From Azolla caroliniana (Eukaryota > Plantae > Polypodiophyta), in assembly GCA_043228905.1 (NCBI GenBank), contig JBHGNT010000001.1:19034001-19098000 (forward strand): 64,000 nt of DNA, written 5' to 3'. Made by a program: the position numbers and the translations under genes. The notes beneath the pieces were generated by a model. The model made no database searches and was not told the origin of the DNA. It was given only the letters and a program-made list of their open reading frames with translations. Positions 1 through 10,200 of the stretch are shown here, one piece after another; the first letter of the stretch is position 1; each line of letters starts with the position of its first letter.

Positions 1-108
1 CGAACCAAATTGGTATTGAGCAGTATATTACGCAAGTCGTAAACTTTCCACATCGGAAAGGAATTATTTGCCAACCGAAAGAGAAGCTTTAGGAATGGTG
101 TACAGTAT

Positions 109-351
109 TGTGAAATGCTCTCAAGAATAGCCTTCCTTTCATTATGTCTCAAGTTACATTTTATAGACTCTCTCTTAGCGTGGAGGGTGTTCTCCCGCTC
201 CAATTAGCTCTACTAATTATGGGGCTTGGTGGGGGCCTAGTTTGGGTGTGGTGCATGAGGCTTGGTAGGGGCCTAATTTGGGTGTGGTCTATGTGTGGTG
301 CATGGGGCTTGGTAGGGGCCTAATCTAGGTGTGGTCCATGTGACCACCACA
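109..351 (-). repeat. 3' LTR of the young gypsy
   Basis: Identical to 4685-4927 and preceded on the minus strand by PPT AAGGGGGAAT. Confidence 0.95.
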
Positions 352-373
352 ATTCCCCCTTGTAAAAAAAAAG

Positions 374-3300
374 TTATTGTGCAGTCGAAGCGCGACGAGG
401 CGTGGACGACGGTTCCAGACGGGGGGATGACACGGGCGTGGGCGTAGGCATGAGTGTGGGCGGGGGCGGTGGTAGTTGATGGAAGGGCTTCATGCGAGAC
501 TGGTGAGCAAAGGTAGAGCAGTCGTTGGAGGCGCGGCGGAGCAGGTATGTAGTGTCGCGTATCTGCTTTTGAACTTCGAAGGGACCGATCCATCGGTGCA
601 TGAGCGATTCGCTGAGACCACGACGACGGATGGGGAAGTAGACGAGGACTTTGTCACCGACATGGTATTGATGGTCAACACGGCCTATATCGTGTTGTCG
701 TTTTTGGCGTAGTTGTGCCTGGTGCAGGTTGCTCGTGATGGCTTTGCGGAGGAGGGGCTGGAGTTGTTGTAGGTGGGACCACCAAGACACTGCGTCAGCG
801 TGGAGTCGTGTGGTTGGTTGCGGGACTGCCACTTCTGGGGGTAAGCACGGGTCCCTTCCGTAAAGGGCCCGAAATGGGCTAATGCGGGTAGAGGCTTGCA
901 CAGTTGTGTTGTAGGCATGCGTAACGAAGGGCAAGATTCGGTCCCAGGTTGAGTACAGCGGATCGATGTAGGTTGAGATTTGTTGTTTTAAGGTTCGATT
1001 GAGGCGCTCCGTCAACCCATTCGTTTGCGGATGGTAGGGTGACGTGAATAATTGTTGGATTCCTAGTTGTGTTGAAATGAGGCGTAGGAGCTCACCGTTG
1101 AACTGGGGTCCTCGATCGGACAAGATTTGGAGTGGGCAACCGTGGGGGAAGATGATTTTCTCCAATAGTTTGGAGGCGATGGTCATAGCCTTTGCATCTG
1201 GGATAGCGGTCGTCTCAGCCCAACGCGTCAAGTACTCGGTGATGACGAGGATGAATTTGTTCCCTCCTTGTGACTCAGGAAAGGGGCCCATAATGTCCCA
1301 TCCGACGATTTCAAATGGAGCTTGAACTTGTATCGGACGTTAGAGGCCTTGAGCCACTTGAGGTGATTTGATGGCCTGACATAAGTTGCATGCTTTGATG
1401 TAGGAGGCGACCTCGTGGCGTAGCCCAGGCCAATAGAATTTGCGACGAATTTTGTCGAGCACCTTATGAAAACCCAAGTGGCCGGACAACGGGTGATCGT
1501 GGAAGAAACGAAGGTAAGACTGGCGTAGTTGCTCAGGCACGTAGACTCGGGGTTCTTTGCCTACTTGACAAAAAAGTAGGACATTATCCTGGATCATGAA
1601 TTGCTTGGTGAGGGATGATGTCGGTTCAGCTCGTAGGCGGTGGCAGATATCTTGGATTTGTTTGTCGTGTTGTTGCATGTTGGCCATTTGGGACGAGGAT
1701 ATGGGGAAATCGATTGTGTTGGAGGTGATCTGGTTTGCCTGAAAGGATATGCGGGATAATCCATCGGCGACGATGTTTTGTGGACCATGGCGATAACGCA
1801 GAGTGAATGTGTAATCCTGTAGCGCCAAAACCCAACGAAGTAAGCGGCCGGGTGGATGAGCCTTCTTTATGAGGGAGAGCAATGGCTGATGGTCTGTTTC
1901 GACTTATATATTTGATCCGTGAAGGTATGGGTGGAAACGATGGAATGCCCAGACGATGGCGAGGAACTCTTTTTCAGTTGTCGAGTAATTTTGTTCGGCT
2001 TTGGTAAGTGACCGACTGATGTAGGCAATCGGGCGGAGTTGGTCGTTGTCGTCGGATTGGAGCAGGACCGCACCAAGGCCGACATTGGAGGCATCCGTCT
2101 GCAGATGGAAAGGCTTCGTGAAATCTGGGTGGGCCAGGAGGTTAGAGGCTTGGAGTGTTCTCTTGAGCTGCAGGAAGCTGGATTCGCAGGCTTCGGTCCA
2201 CAGGAAGGGTGCGTCTTTTTGTAGGAGCGCGCGTAGTGGGGCTGACAGGTTGGCTAGCCGTGGGATGAAACGAAGAGAGAACGTGAGGAGGCCGAGGAAG
2301 CGTTGAAGCTGCTTGACTGTGGTGGGGCGTGGGAATTTTTGGACTGCTTCTGTCTTCTCCGGGTCCATTTGTATTCCGTCGGAGGAGATGATGTACCCAA
2401 GGAAGCGGAGGCACGTACTACCCCATCGGCACTTCTTCCATTGCAGCTGCAATCGATAGCGTTGAACACAAGTTAGGACCTCCCGAAGGACTTGAAGGTG
2501 TTCTGCCCAAGTGCTTGTATGTACCAGAATATCGTCTAGATAGACGATGACGACACGGCGGGTGATGAGATCATCGAAGATGGCATTAGCCATTCGCTGG
2601 AATGTGCTCCCCGCATCAGATAGGCCAAAGGGCATCCGTGTGAACTGAAAAATGCCTTTCCTAGTGCGGAATGCAGTTTTGTGGGCATCGTGAGGATTCA
2701 TCGGGATCTGCCAATATCCCGAGGCTAGATCGAGGGAGGTGAAGTACTTTGATTTGCTAAGCTGGTCGAGGAGGTCATCGATACGAGGGAGAGGGTATCG
2801 GTCATGGGTGGTGACATGGTTCAGTTGTCGGAAGTCGACACAAAAGCGGTAAGAACCATCCCCTTTCTTTACCATGTATGGCTCCGAGATCCACTCGCTC
2901 TTGGAAGGTGTGATAATCCCTTGTTGGAGCATAGTTTTGACGGCGTTGTCGATGCGCTCGTGGTCGAGAGGCGAGCGACGTCGGGGAGCTGCGTTGATGG
3001 GGCGGGCGTTGCCTGTAGGAATCGTGTGGTGAATCGGAAGACGGACCGAGGGAGGTTTTACAGGTGGTGTAGACAACGAGGGAAAGGTGGCGAGGAGCCG
3101 TTTGATGTCGTTGATGCGCTCCGCCGGTGATATCAGGTACTGTGTGTTGTTGATGTGGGTGGTATCCCGCGGAGTAGTGAAGAGCGCGATCGGAATGTGA
3201 TTTGGGAGGATGAGCTGTTGTGCGGAGAAATCGAGACAGGCTCGACTATGGAGGAACCAATCACATCCCAAGGTGATTGGGAACAACTGGCGCGGGAGGA

Positions 3301-3657
3301 CGTAGAAACGATGGTGGATCTGGGCGGAACTAATGGTGAGCATGCACCTGACTTGCGTATGTGAGTGGTACACCCGTTGTTGGTCGCCGAAGAGGATTTT
3401 AATGGGCGGTGCGTGGCTCGTGGGAAGTTGTAATTGGGTGACTAAATCTGCGCTGATGGAAGAGATGTTGCTGCCGGAGTCGAGGAGAACTTCTTGGGTC
3501 GTGTGCTAGAGGCGGGCGATTGTGGTACAAACGGGCGAAGTTGATGAAGTGGAGGCGTGGACGTGCGGGGGCGGCTCGATCGTGGGAGAAACGGGAGAAG
3601 TTGAGGACGTGGAGACGTGGACGTGCGGGGGCGGCTCTCCCTGCGGCACCCCGCGCA
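374..3657 (-). pseudogene. pol: pol (protease-RT-RNase H-integrase), one frame with three premature stops
   Basis: Motifs LLDSGS (PR), DLASGYWQ and YLDD (RT), TDASNVGLGAVL (RH), HHCC plus DDE core and GPF (INT). ORFs 1904-3373, 1340-1882 and 374-1291 share one frame, broken by stops at 3506-08, 1904-06 and 1340-42. No chromodomain. Confidence 0.9.
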
Positions 3658-4608
3658 TTAGTTTTCCGGGAGCTCAGAGAGGGAGGCAGCGTCCGCTAAT
3701 TGGACGTTCTGCTTCTGTTGGTGATTCTGCCACTTTCGGAAGTGACGCCGAATGTGGCCATAGTTGTTGCAGTAGAAACATTTGGGGCGTCCCTGGCTGT
3801 CTCGTTCGGGCAATGCACGCTTGGCACATAATTGCGCGTTCTGGATGTCGATGTCCATGGGAGTGACGGCTGGTATAGTGTTTGTATGATCAGGACTGAG
3901 ATTACCTGGTGTGTGCATGTCGTGCGCGTCTGCAGCTTCGATGCGTTGGGCAGTGAGGATGGCTTCGTGTAGTGTCGTCGGGCCTTGATCGCGTACACGG
4001 CGGCGGAGGTCATGTCGTATACACGGCCAGAAAAAAAACAACTTCATGTCCTCCGACATGTTGGCGTCAGCCCGGCGTAGGATATGCACAAAACGAACCG
4101 CGAACTGGGTGATGGGTTCGCGTGGTTGTTGGGTAATTGACTCAAGTTGTTGTAGGGCCGTCTGGCGGGAGTCTTGATGAGCAAAATTCCGAATCATGGC
4201 TGCCCGTAACAGATCCCAGTCGTTGCGTGTCTCTTCGGGTTGTTGTACAAGCCATGTTGCCGCGATATTCTCGAGGAGTGTCTTCATCTCCATTGCCTTC
4301 CGAGGGTGTGGCCACTGGTGGTAACTGGCCACCATTTCGAAATGATCCAGCCAAGAGAGGACGTCTTCCGATGGTAGGCCGGAGAACGGTTTTGGGCGAA
4401 CTCGAGAGTCCGGGAGATTTTGTTGTGGCTCGGATCGTGCTGAAAGAAAGGACAACATGGCTTGGTTAGTATGGTTAACTTGTAAAATGATGTTGGACAG
4501 AGCTTGAACCAGTTGGTCGATTGGCGATGTGGGCTGGTGTCCTTGATTGTGTTGTAGGAATTCCGGATTCATCGAGTTTGCGTTGCCGTCGTTGTTGTCG
4601 TGTTGCAT
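3658..4608 (-). CDS. gag: gag (capsid plus degenerate CCHC knuckle)
   Basis: FSGLPSEDVLSWLDHFE capsid motif and CFYCNNYGHIRRH(F). First ATG downstream of the PBS is at 4608. Confidence 0.85.
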   Translation of the reverse strand: MQHDNNDGNANSMNPEFLQHNQGHQPTSPIDQLVQALSNIILQVNHTNQAMLSFLSARSEPQQNLPDSRVRPKPFSGLPSEDVLSWLDHFEMVASYHQWPHPRKAMEMKTLLENIAATWLVQQPEETRNDWDLLRAAMIRNFAHQDSRQTALQQLESITQQPREPITQFAVRFVHILRRADANMSEDMKLFFFWPCIRHDLRRRVRDQGPTTLHEAILTAQRIEAADAHDMHTPGNLSPDHTNTIPAVTPMDIDIQNAQLCAKRALPERDSQGRPKCFYCNNYGHIRRHFRKWQNHQQKQNVQLADAASLSELPEN

Positions 4609-4684
4609 CGTGGCGGGCGTTGTTGGGGTCGTGAGTTGGGGTGGCTTGGCCCGTCTTCTCCACCAAGATGTGAAATGCTCAAGA

Positions 4685-4927
4685 TGTGAAATGCTCTCAA
4701 GAATAGCCTTCCTTTCATTATGTCTCAAGTTACATTTTATAGACTCTCTCTTAGCGTGGAGGGTGTTCTCCCGCTCCAATTAGCTCTACTAATTATGGGG
4801 CTTGGTGGGGGCCTAGTTTGGGTGTGGTGCATGAGGCTTGGTAGGGGCCTAATTTGGGTGTGGTCTATGTGTGGTGCATGGGGCTTGGTAGGGGCCTAAT
4901 CTAGGTGTGGTCCATGTGACCACCACA
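4685..4927 (-). repeat. 5' LTR of the young gypsy
   Basis: Identical to 109-351 and followed on the minus strand by a 16-bp duplication, then the PBS. Confidence 0.95.
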
Positions 4928-7170
4928 GTATTAATAAATTCCGATATTACAAATCTTTTTGGAAAAAAAAATATAAAAAAATCCCGACATTACCTATTAG
5001 GGAGGAAATTCACCTTTCATGTCGACCATTCCGCTTTACTCTATTTAGTGTCTAAGCAAGATCTTACGAGCAAATTAGCAAGATGGACGTTATTGCTCCA
5101 AGAGTTCGAATTTTAACATTCTCCATTGACTAGGAGTACAACATGCTGTCGTAGATTACCTTAGCCGGTTGGAATCAGGAGAACAAGGAACGGGTGTAAA
5201 AGATGATTTTTCGGATGGCCAACTCTTCAGAGTTGACATAGTTTCCGTCCATCAGATGAATGAAGAACTCGTTGATGCACGGATTACAAAGATGACAATT
5301 TTTCTCACAATGGGATTATTACCCGAACATATGTCAATTGATGAAAGGAAACGACTCGCTGTTCGGAGTCGAATTTTTTTTCTCTTAAACGACACTTTAT
5401 ATCACAAAGGGGCTGATGGTTTTCGGCGGCATACGGTTCGATAGTTCGAGAAGGAAGCAATTCTGCGGGAAACTCACTGCGGTGTCGCTGGAGGACATTA
5501 TGCAAGAGAAGCAACGGGCAAGAAAATTTGGGATAGTGGGTTATGGTGGCTGACAACAACGAAAGATGCAGTCGAATACTGTCAACAATGCGATTTATGT
5601 CAAAGAATTGGACAAACAATAGAAAAGGATAGAATGCCTTTTCCACCAATATTACCCTTAGAACCATTTCAGAAATGGGGATTGGATTTTGTCGATCCAT
5701 TTAAACCAGCAGCTGTACGAACATGGAATCGTTACATCATTCTCGCTACGGACTACTGCACAAAATGGGTGGAGGCTAAACCTTTGAGAGATAACACGAT
5801 AGCATCAACAACTAAATTCTTATATGAAAATATTTGGTGTCGATTCGGATGTCCTATCAAATTAGTAAACGATCAAGGTACTCATTTCATTAATAAAATT
5901 ATACATGAATTATCAACATATTATGTTCGTAGTACATAAGAAAATGTTGAGAGACAAGCTCAACATTGGGTGTGTAACCCAATACGTAGACTGGGTGCGT
6001 AAAACTGTATGCAAAATATGGCCATGGCGATATTTAAACTGAAAGGTTGTTAAAACGTTATTCCTCGTAAGGAATAGTTTCGGGAGTTAGTGTAGAAGGC
6101 TCATTTATGAGTGGTCAAGTATTGGCAGTACTTGTGTCAACCTGATAGTCAAGGCTTGTATAAAAGGTGCTCACTGAGCACGGAATATGTACAAAGAACA
6201 TACAAAGAATTATTTTTTAATATAATTACGTTTTCTGCTCTTTCTCTCTCTTTGTCCCTCCTTCTCCTTCTTTGTGATTTCTGTGTTCTACTGAACTATC
6301 GTACTTCCGAACTGTGTACTCTGTGTATTACGCATATGCTTTTGCACATGTATTCTTTTACATGGTATCAGAGTATGAGGGTTGAGACTCCTCTACAGCC
6401 GACAGAAAAGCTTGTGATAAAGACAGAGTTAAGTTATTGTTTTCCGGAAAGGATAAGACAATAATATGGATAGAGGAATGGGAAGCTCGCTACCGACTGA
6501 GAAGCTCGACAGGAGCAACTACACATATTGGTCGTACAAGATGCACTATTATCTGCTTCGTCATGGTTACTGGTGTTATGTCGAATGAGCTAATGATGCA
6601 GCACCCGAATCGACACACAAAGATTTTTTGGCTTGGGAACAAGCAGCAAGTAGAGTTCTTTACTGCTTCATGTCCTGTGTGAGCAACTAACTCTTGAGCT
6701 ACATTCGAGATGCTAAGACGCCAAAGGATGCGTGGGCGAATCTCAAGAGGATTTCCGTCGCTAGCAAAACGACCAGGAAGCTGCAGCTCAGACAAGAGCT
6801 TAGCAATGTCTGACAGAAAGATTTGTCAGTGGCCGATTACACGGCCCGAATGAAGGAGATCTGCGACTCTCTCGCCTCCGTCAACATTGTCGTAGTGTAA
6901 ATCGCACACTATGAGAAAATTGCATTTTAGGTCTCTCCGGATAGGAGATGAAGAGTACCCGTTGAGAACCGGATGAAAAAGGCCGGTGAGAGTCGGTGAG
7001 AAACAGACGAAGAGGACCCGGTAAAGAGAACCAGATTAAGGAGGAACCGGTAAGGAGGACCCGGTAAGAAGACCTAGTAAGAACCGGATCAAGCAGAACC
7101 GGCAAAAACTGGATAAAGAAGGCCGGTGAGAATCTCTCACTAGATGAAGAGGCAAATTTGTAAATAGAAG

Positions 7171-7257
7171 AAAAGATTGTTACGTGCATAGGGCAGGATT
7201 CGAACCATGTACCTCCACATAGACAAACCCCAACCTTACCATTACACTAACATATCA
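7171..7257 (-). ncRNA. Putative tRNA-like Pol III transcription unit inside LTR B (copy 1)
   Basis: Minus strand: A box TAGTGTAATGG (7249-7239), 32-nt spacer, B box GGTTCGAATCC (7206-7196), then TTTT (7174-7171). Not a well-formed cloverleaf. Confidence 0.55.
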
Positions 7258-10200
7258 GGAGGGGAGGAAGAAAGACAACGGTCGTACTTCGCACACACAC
7301 AAATACAAAGAAACCGCAACCGATTGAAACAAGATGAATGTGTGTATGTATATATATACATCAGATGAAAGGGGTTACAATCGGCGGGCCGGTGAGCGAC
7401 AAGCTCTGACGCCTACACGCACACACACACACATATGCGAGATGGAGACTCTGCCGGAAGCACTCGGGCGTTCTGCGGAGCAGAGTCAGCCTCCCGAAAA
7501 CCTGCACAACACAAATACAGAGAAAGACAGAGGAGAAGAGCTTGGTCCCAGTCCGACAGCACTTCGTCCTCGACAAAAGCGATCCCTTTTACGACTCCTC
7601 TACCTCTCTTTTATAGCCCAAGGAGGGAGGCTGTTACAACCTGTTACATCATCTTTATTCTCTGTCTTTTCGGATAGAGATATGCCTCGATTTCCTACCT
7701 ATCAAATCCGTGTGACCTAGGATATTCACATCAACCGACTTGTACCTAAATATGTACATTACAACAAAACTTGTGCCCGCGTGTAAGGGCCGATTCGTGC
7801 ACATTATTCTCTGATTCCGCCTAGGGACGGTTTTCTCCACGACATCCACCCCCACCTAACCGCGCATCCACCAGTATGCGCCAAAATAGACTCTTGCGGG
7901 AGAAGACCGGCCCGCGCCTTACCCTTCGTCCTCCGGATCGCCATTCGCACGGAACCGGTCGTCCTCGCTATCCAAGTCGTCCGGGTCCGGTTCATCCTCG
8001 TGCCACTTTTTGAACGCTTTGATCCTTTTCCCGACCACTGGTACTACCATCCTCGTCCCGTCAAGCTCCGCGAAATCGTGGGTCCCGTTGTCGTTGGCGT
8101 TTGTCACCACGTAAGGCCCGAACCACCTCCTTAAGAATTTCTGCATCGCCTTGTGCTGGTTGTCGAGGTTGTTGTCATATACCAGAACCCAGTCGCCTTC
8201 CTCGATTTTCCTCAGCCTTAGTCGGTGGGTCCGGTCGAATCATCCCTTGTTCTTTACCCTCGCGGCCCGTAGCTTTTACGTGGCTCGTTCCACATCCTCC
8301 AGTCTTTTCTCAAGTTGTCGGATCCGCGCCGCTAACAGCTCCTTCCGGCTCATCTCGTCCCCCCAATCCACCGTGGCCCATGAGGAGATCGTTCGCTCCA
8401 TCAACATGACCAGCTTCTGCCCGTACATCAGCTCCGCCGGCATGAACCCGGTTACCGAACTGTGCGTAGTTCGGTCAACCCACAACGCATAGGGTAAGAG
8501 CCGTGACCAGTTTCCGACTTGGCCTCCACATGCCCGAACTAACTCTTTGACGATCGGCCCGTGTACGCATTCCACCTTCCCGTTCTCCTCCGTATTGTAC
8601 GTCGTGGTGAGCGAGAGTTTAACCCCTAGCCGGTCAAACAACTCTTCAACCTCTTGTGCGTCTAGTTCTTCGCGGTCGTCTACGATCTTTCCTACGCACC
8701 CGTACCGTCATACCACTTGTTTGATTAGAAATCGGCATACGGCCGAGGTCGTTTTGTTCGGCAACGTTCGGCCTTCCACCTAGTTCGTCAAGTCCTCTCG
8801 AGCCAGCACCAGATATCGCATCTGCCCGACCCCCATCGGCATCATCACCAAATCCACCATCCACTTGAAGTGGACGGTCGAAGGGTAGGTCGAGTGGAGC
8901 TCGTCCCGATGTCACACTATGGAGTGCATCTAGCAGCTTTCGCAAGCCGTCACGAACTGATGCACGTCCCGGCCACCAGTACTTCCCCTTCAGCTTCTCG
9001 AATGTGGCCCTCGTCCCATGGTGTCCGGCCCAGGGACTCTCGTGGTACACCGTGAGCAGTTCCTCTTGTTCCTCTTTCTTCGCCACAACCCGGAGCGGGA
9101 TGCCGTTTCTCTTCTTCGGGTGCTTCCATATGCACCCATCCCGTTGGAAGAATTGGTACGCTTTCTTCCAAATCCAGTTGGTCTCTTCCTTCGTCCACGC
9201 CACATCCGGTGTCATTGTTTTCAAGAACCCACCGATCTAGGGCCACTCCCCATTGTACTTGCTCTCGTCGAACTCGTTAAGTGTCGTAAGCCATCTCGAA
9301 GAAGTCCACGCCGACTTCTTCGTTCTCCAAAATCATGTTGTCCTCATCATTGAATCTCGCCCTCGCAAGCATGTCGGCCATGGCGTTGTCCTTTCCGGAA
9401 ATGTGTCATATTTCCGGATTTAGGGACTTGATGTATGTTATCCACCTGAGCATTGCCAGGTCTAGCGTCGCACATCCGGAAACCATACGAGAAGCGGCAG
9501 GCAGTCCGTCTCAATTATCACCTCAGTCCTGATTAGGTAGTCCTTGCCCGCCAAAACGATACCCCAGAGTACACGTTTAACTTGGGCGTACCTTCGCTGT
9601 CATTCACTGAGGACTTTCGCGCCAAACCGGATGGGGAACCTCATGCCATTCTCATCCTCCTAGTTTATCACCCATCCGATTCTGGTCAGACTCGTGTCTA
9701 TGGTCACATAAACTGGAATGTCTTTACCGTAGACCGCTTTCCAGAGTGCCGGTGCCGCAGCAAGTGCTTCTTTCATTTTCCGGACCGACTCCATATGCTC
9801 CTCTCCCCACTCGAATTTACGCCCTTTCTTCAACAATCCATAGAGAGGCTTCGCGACGTGGGCGTAATGCGGGATCCAAATATGGTAGAACACGCATGCT
9901 CCCAAGAATCTCCGGACTTCCGTGACCGAATTGCAGTCGCGCTTCATCGCCGAGATGGCCTCTACCTTGGTCGGCGACGGTTTCCGACCGAATGGCCCGC
10001 ATAGGTGCCTGACGACCATGATCTCCGATTGCCTGAAGGCTGATTTTTCCCCGGAGAAGGTGAGCCTCGCGCCCTCTAGTCTTTGCAGCACCTTCTCGCA
10101 GTCATTGATGTGGTCCACACGAATTTCTGGCATCCATCCGGTTCGATTGTCTCGTCCTTATCCTCCATCAAGCATCCTTTGATCAGGATGTCATCTAAGA

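Larger units (their letters stand above)
109..4927 (-). mobile_element. Full-length young Ty3/gypsy LTR retrotransposon (4.8 kb, 243-bp LTRs)
   Basis: TG..CA LTRs at 109-351 and 4685-4927, identical by eye. TSD GTAT (105-108, 4928-4931). PPT at 352-362, PBS TGGTGGAGAAG near 4655-4665. Domain order gag-PR-RT-RH-INT. Confidence 0.95.
1..5944 (+). mobile_element. Decayed Ty3/gypsy (Athila/Tat-like non-chromovirus) RNase H-integrase fragment, split by the young gypsy at 109-4927
   Basis: 1-108 reads AVYYASRKLSTSERNYLPTEREALGMVYS and resumes after the insertion as INKFR..HYLLGRKFTFHVDHSALLYLV..LARWTLLLQEFEF. Integrase zinc-finger remnant and [20 protein letters not shown] core at 5470-5939. Stops and frameshifts throughout. 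Confidence 0.85.

Noticed and set aside
374-3657. TAA/TAG-as-Gln genetic code or U-to-C editing as an explanation of the pol stops
   Set aside because: gag and pol themselves terminate in TAA, and U-to-C editing is organellar. Ordinary mutation is simpler.
4609-4779. gag N-terminal extension starting inside the LTR
   Set aside because: The frame is opened by the 16-bp duplication; the plausible start is the ATG at 4608.
7171-7257. Functional tRNA gene
   Set aside because: Acceptor and anticodon stems do not pair; only the promoter boxes and a partial T-arm remain.
7334-7720. ORF repeated at 13286-13654 (also 51408-51935, 16136-16548)
   Set aside because: They lie within LTRs or CCGG repeats, so recurrence reflects LTR duplication rather than coding constraint.
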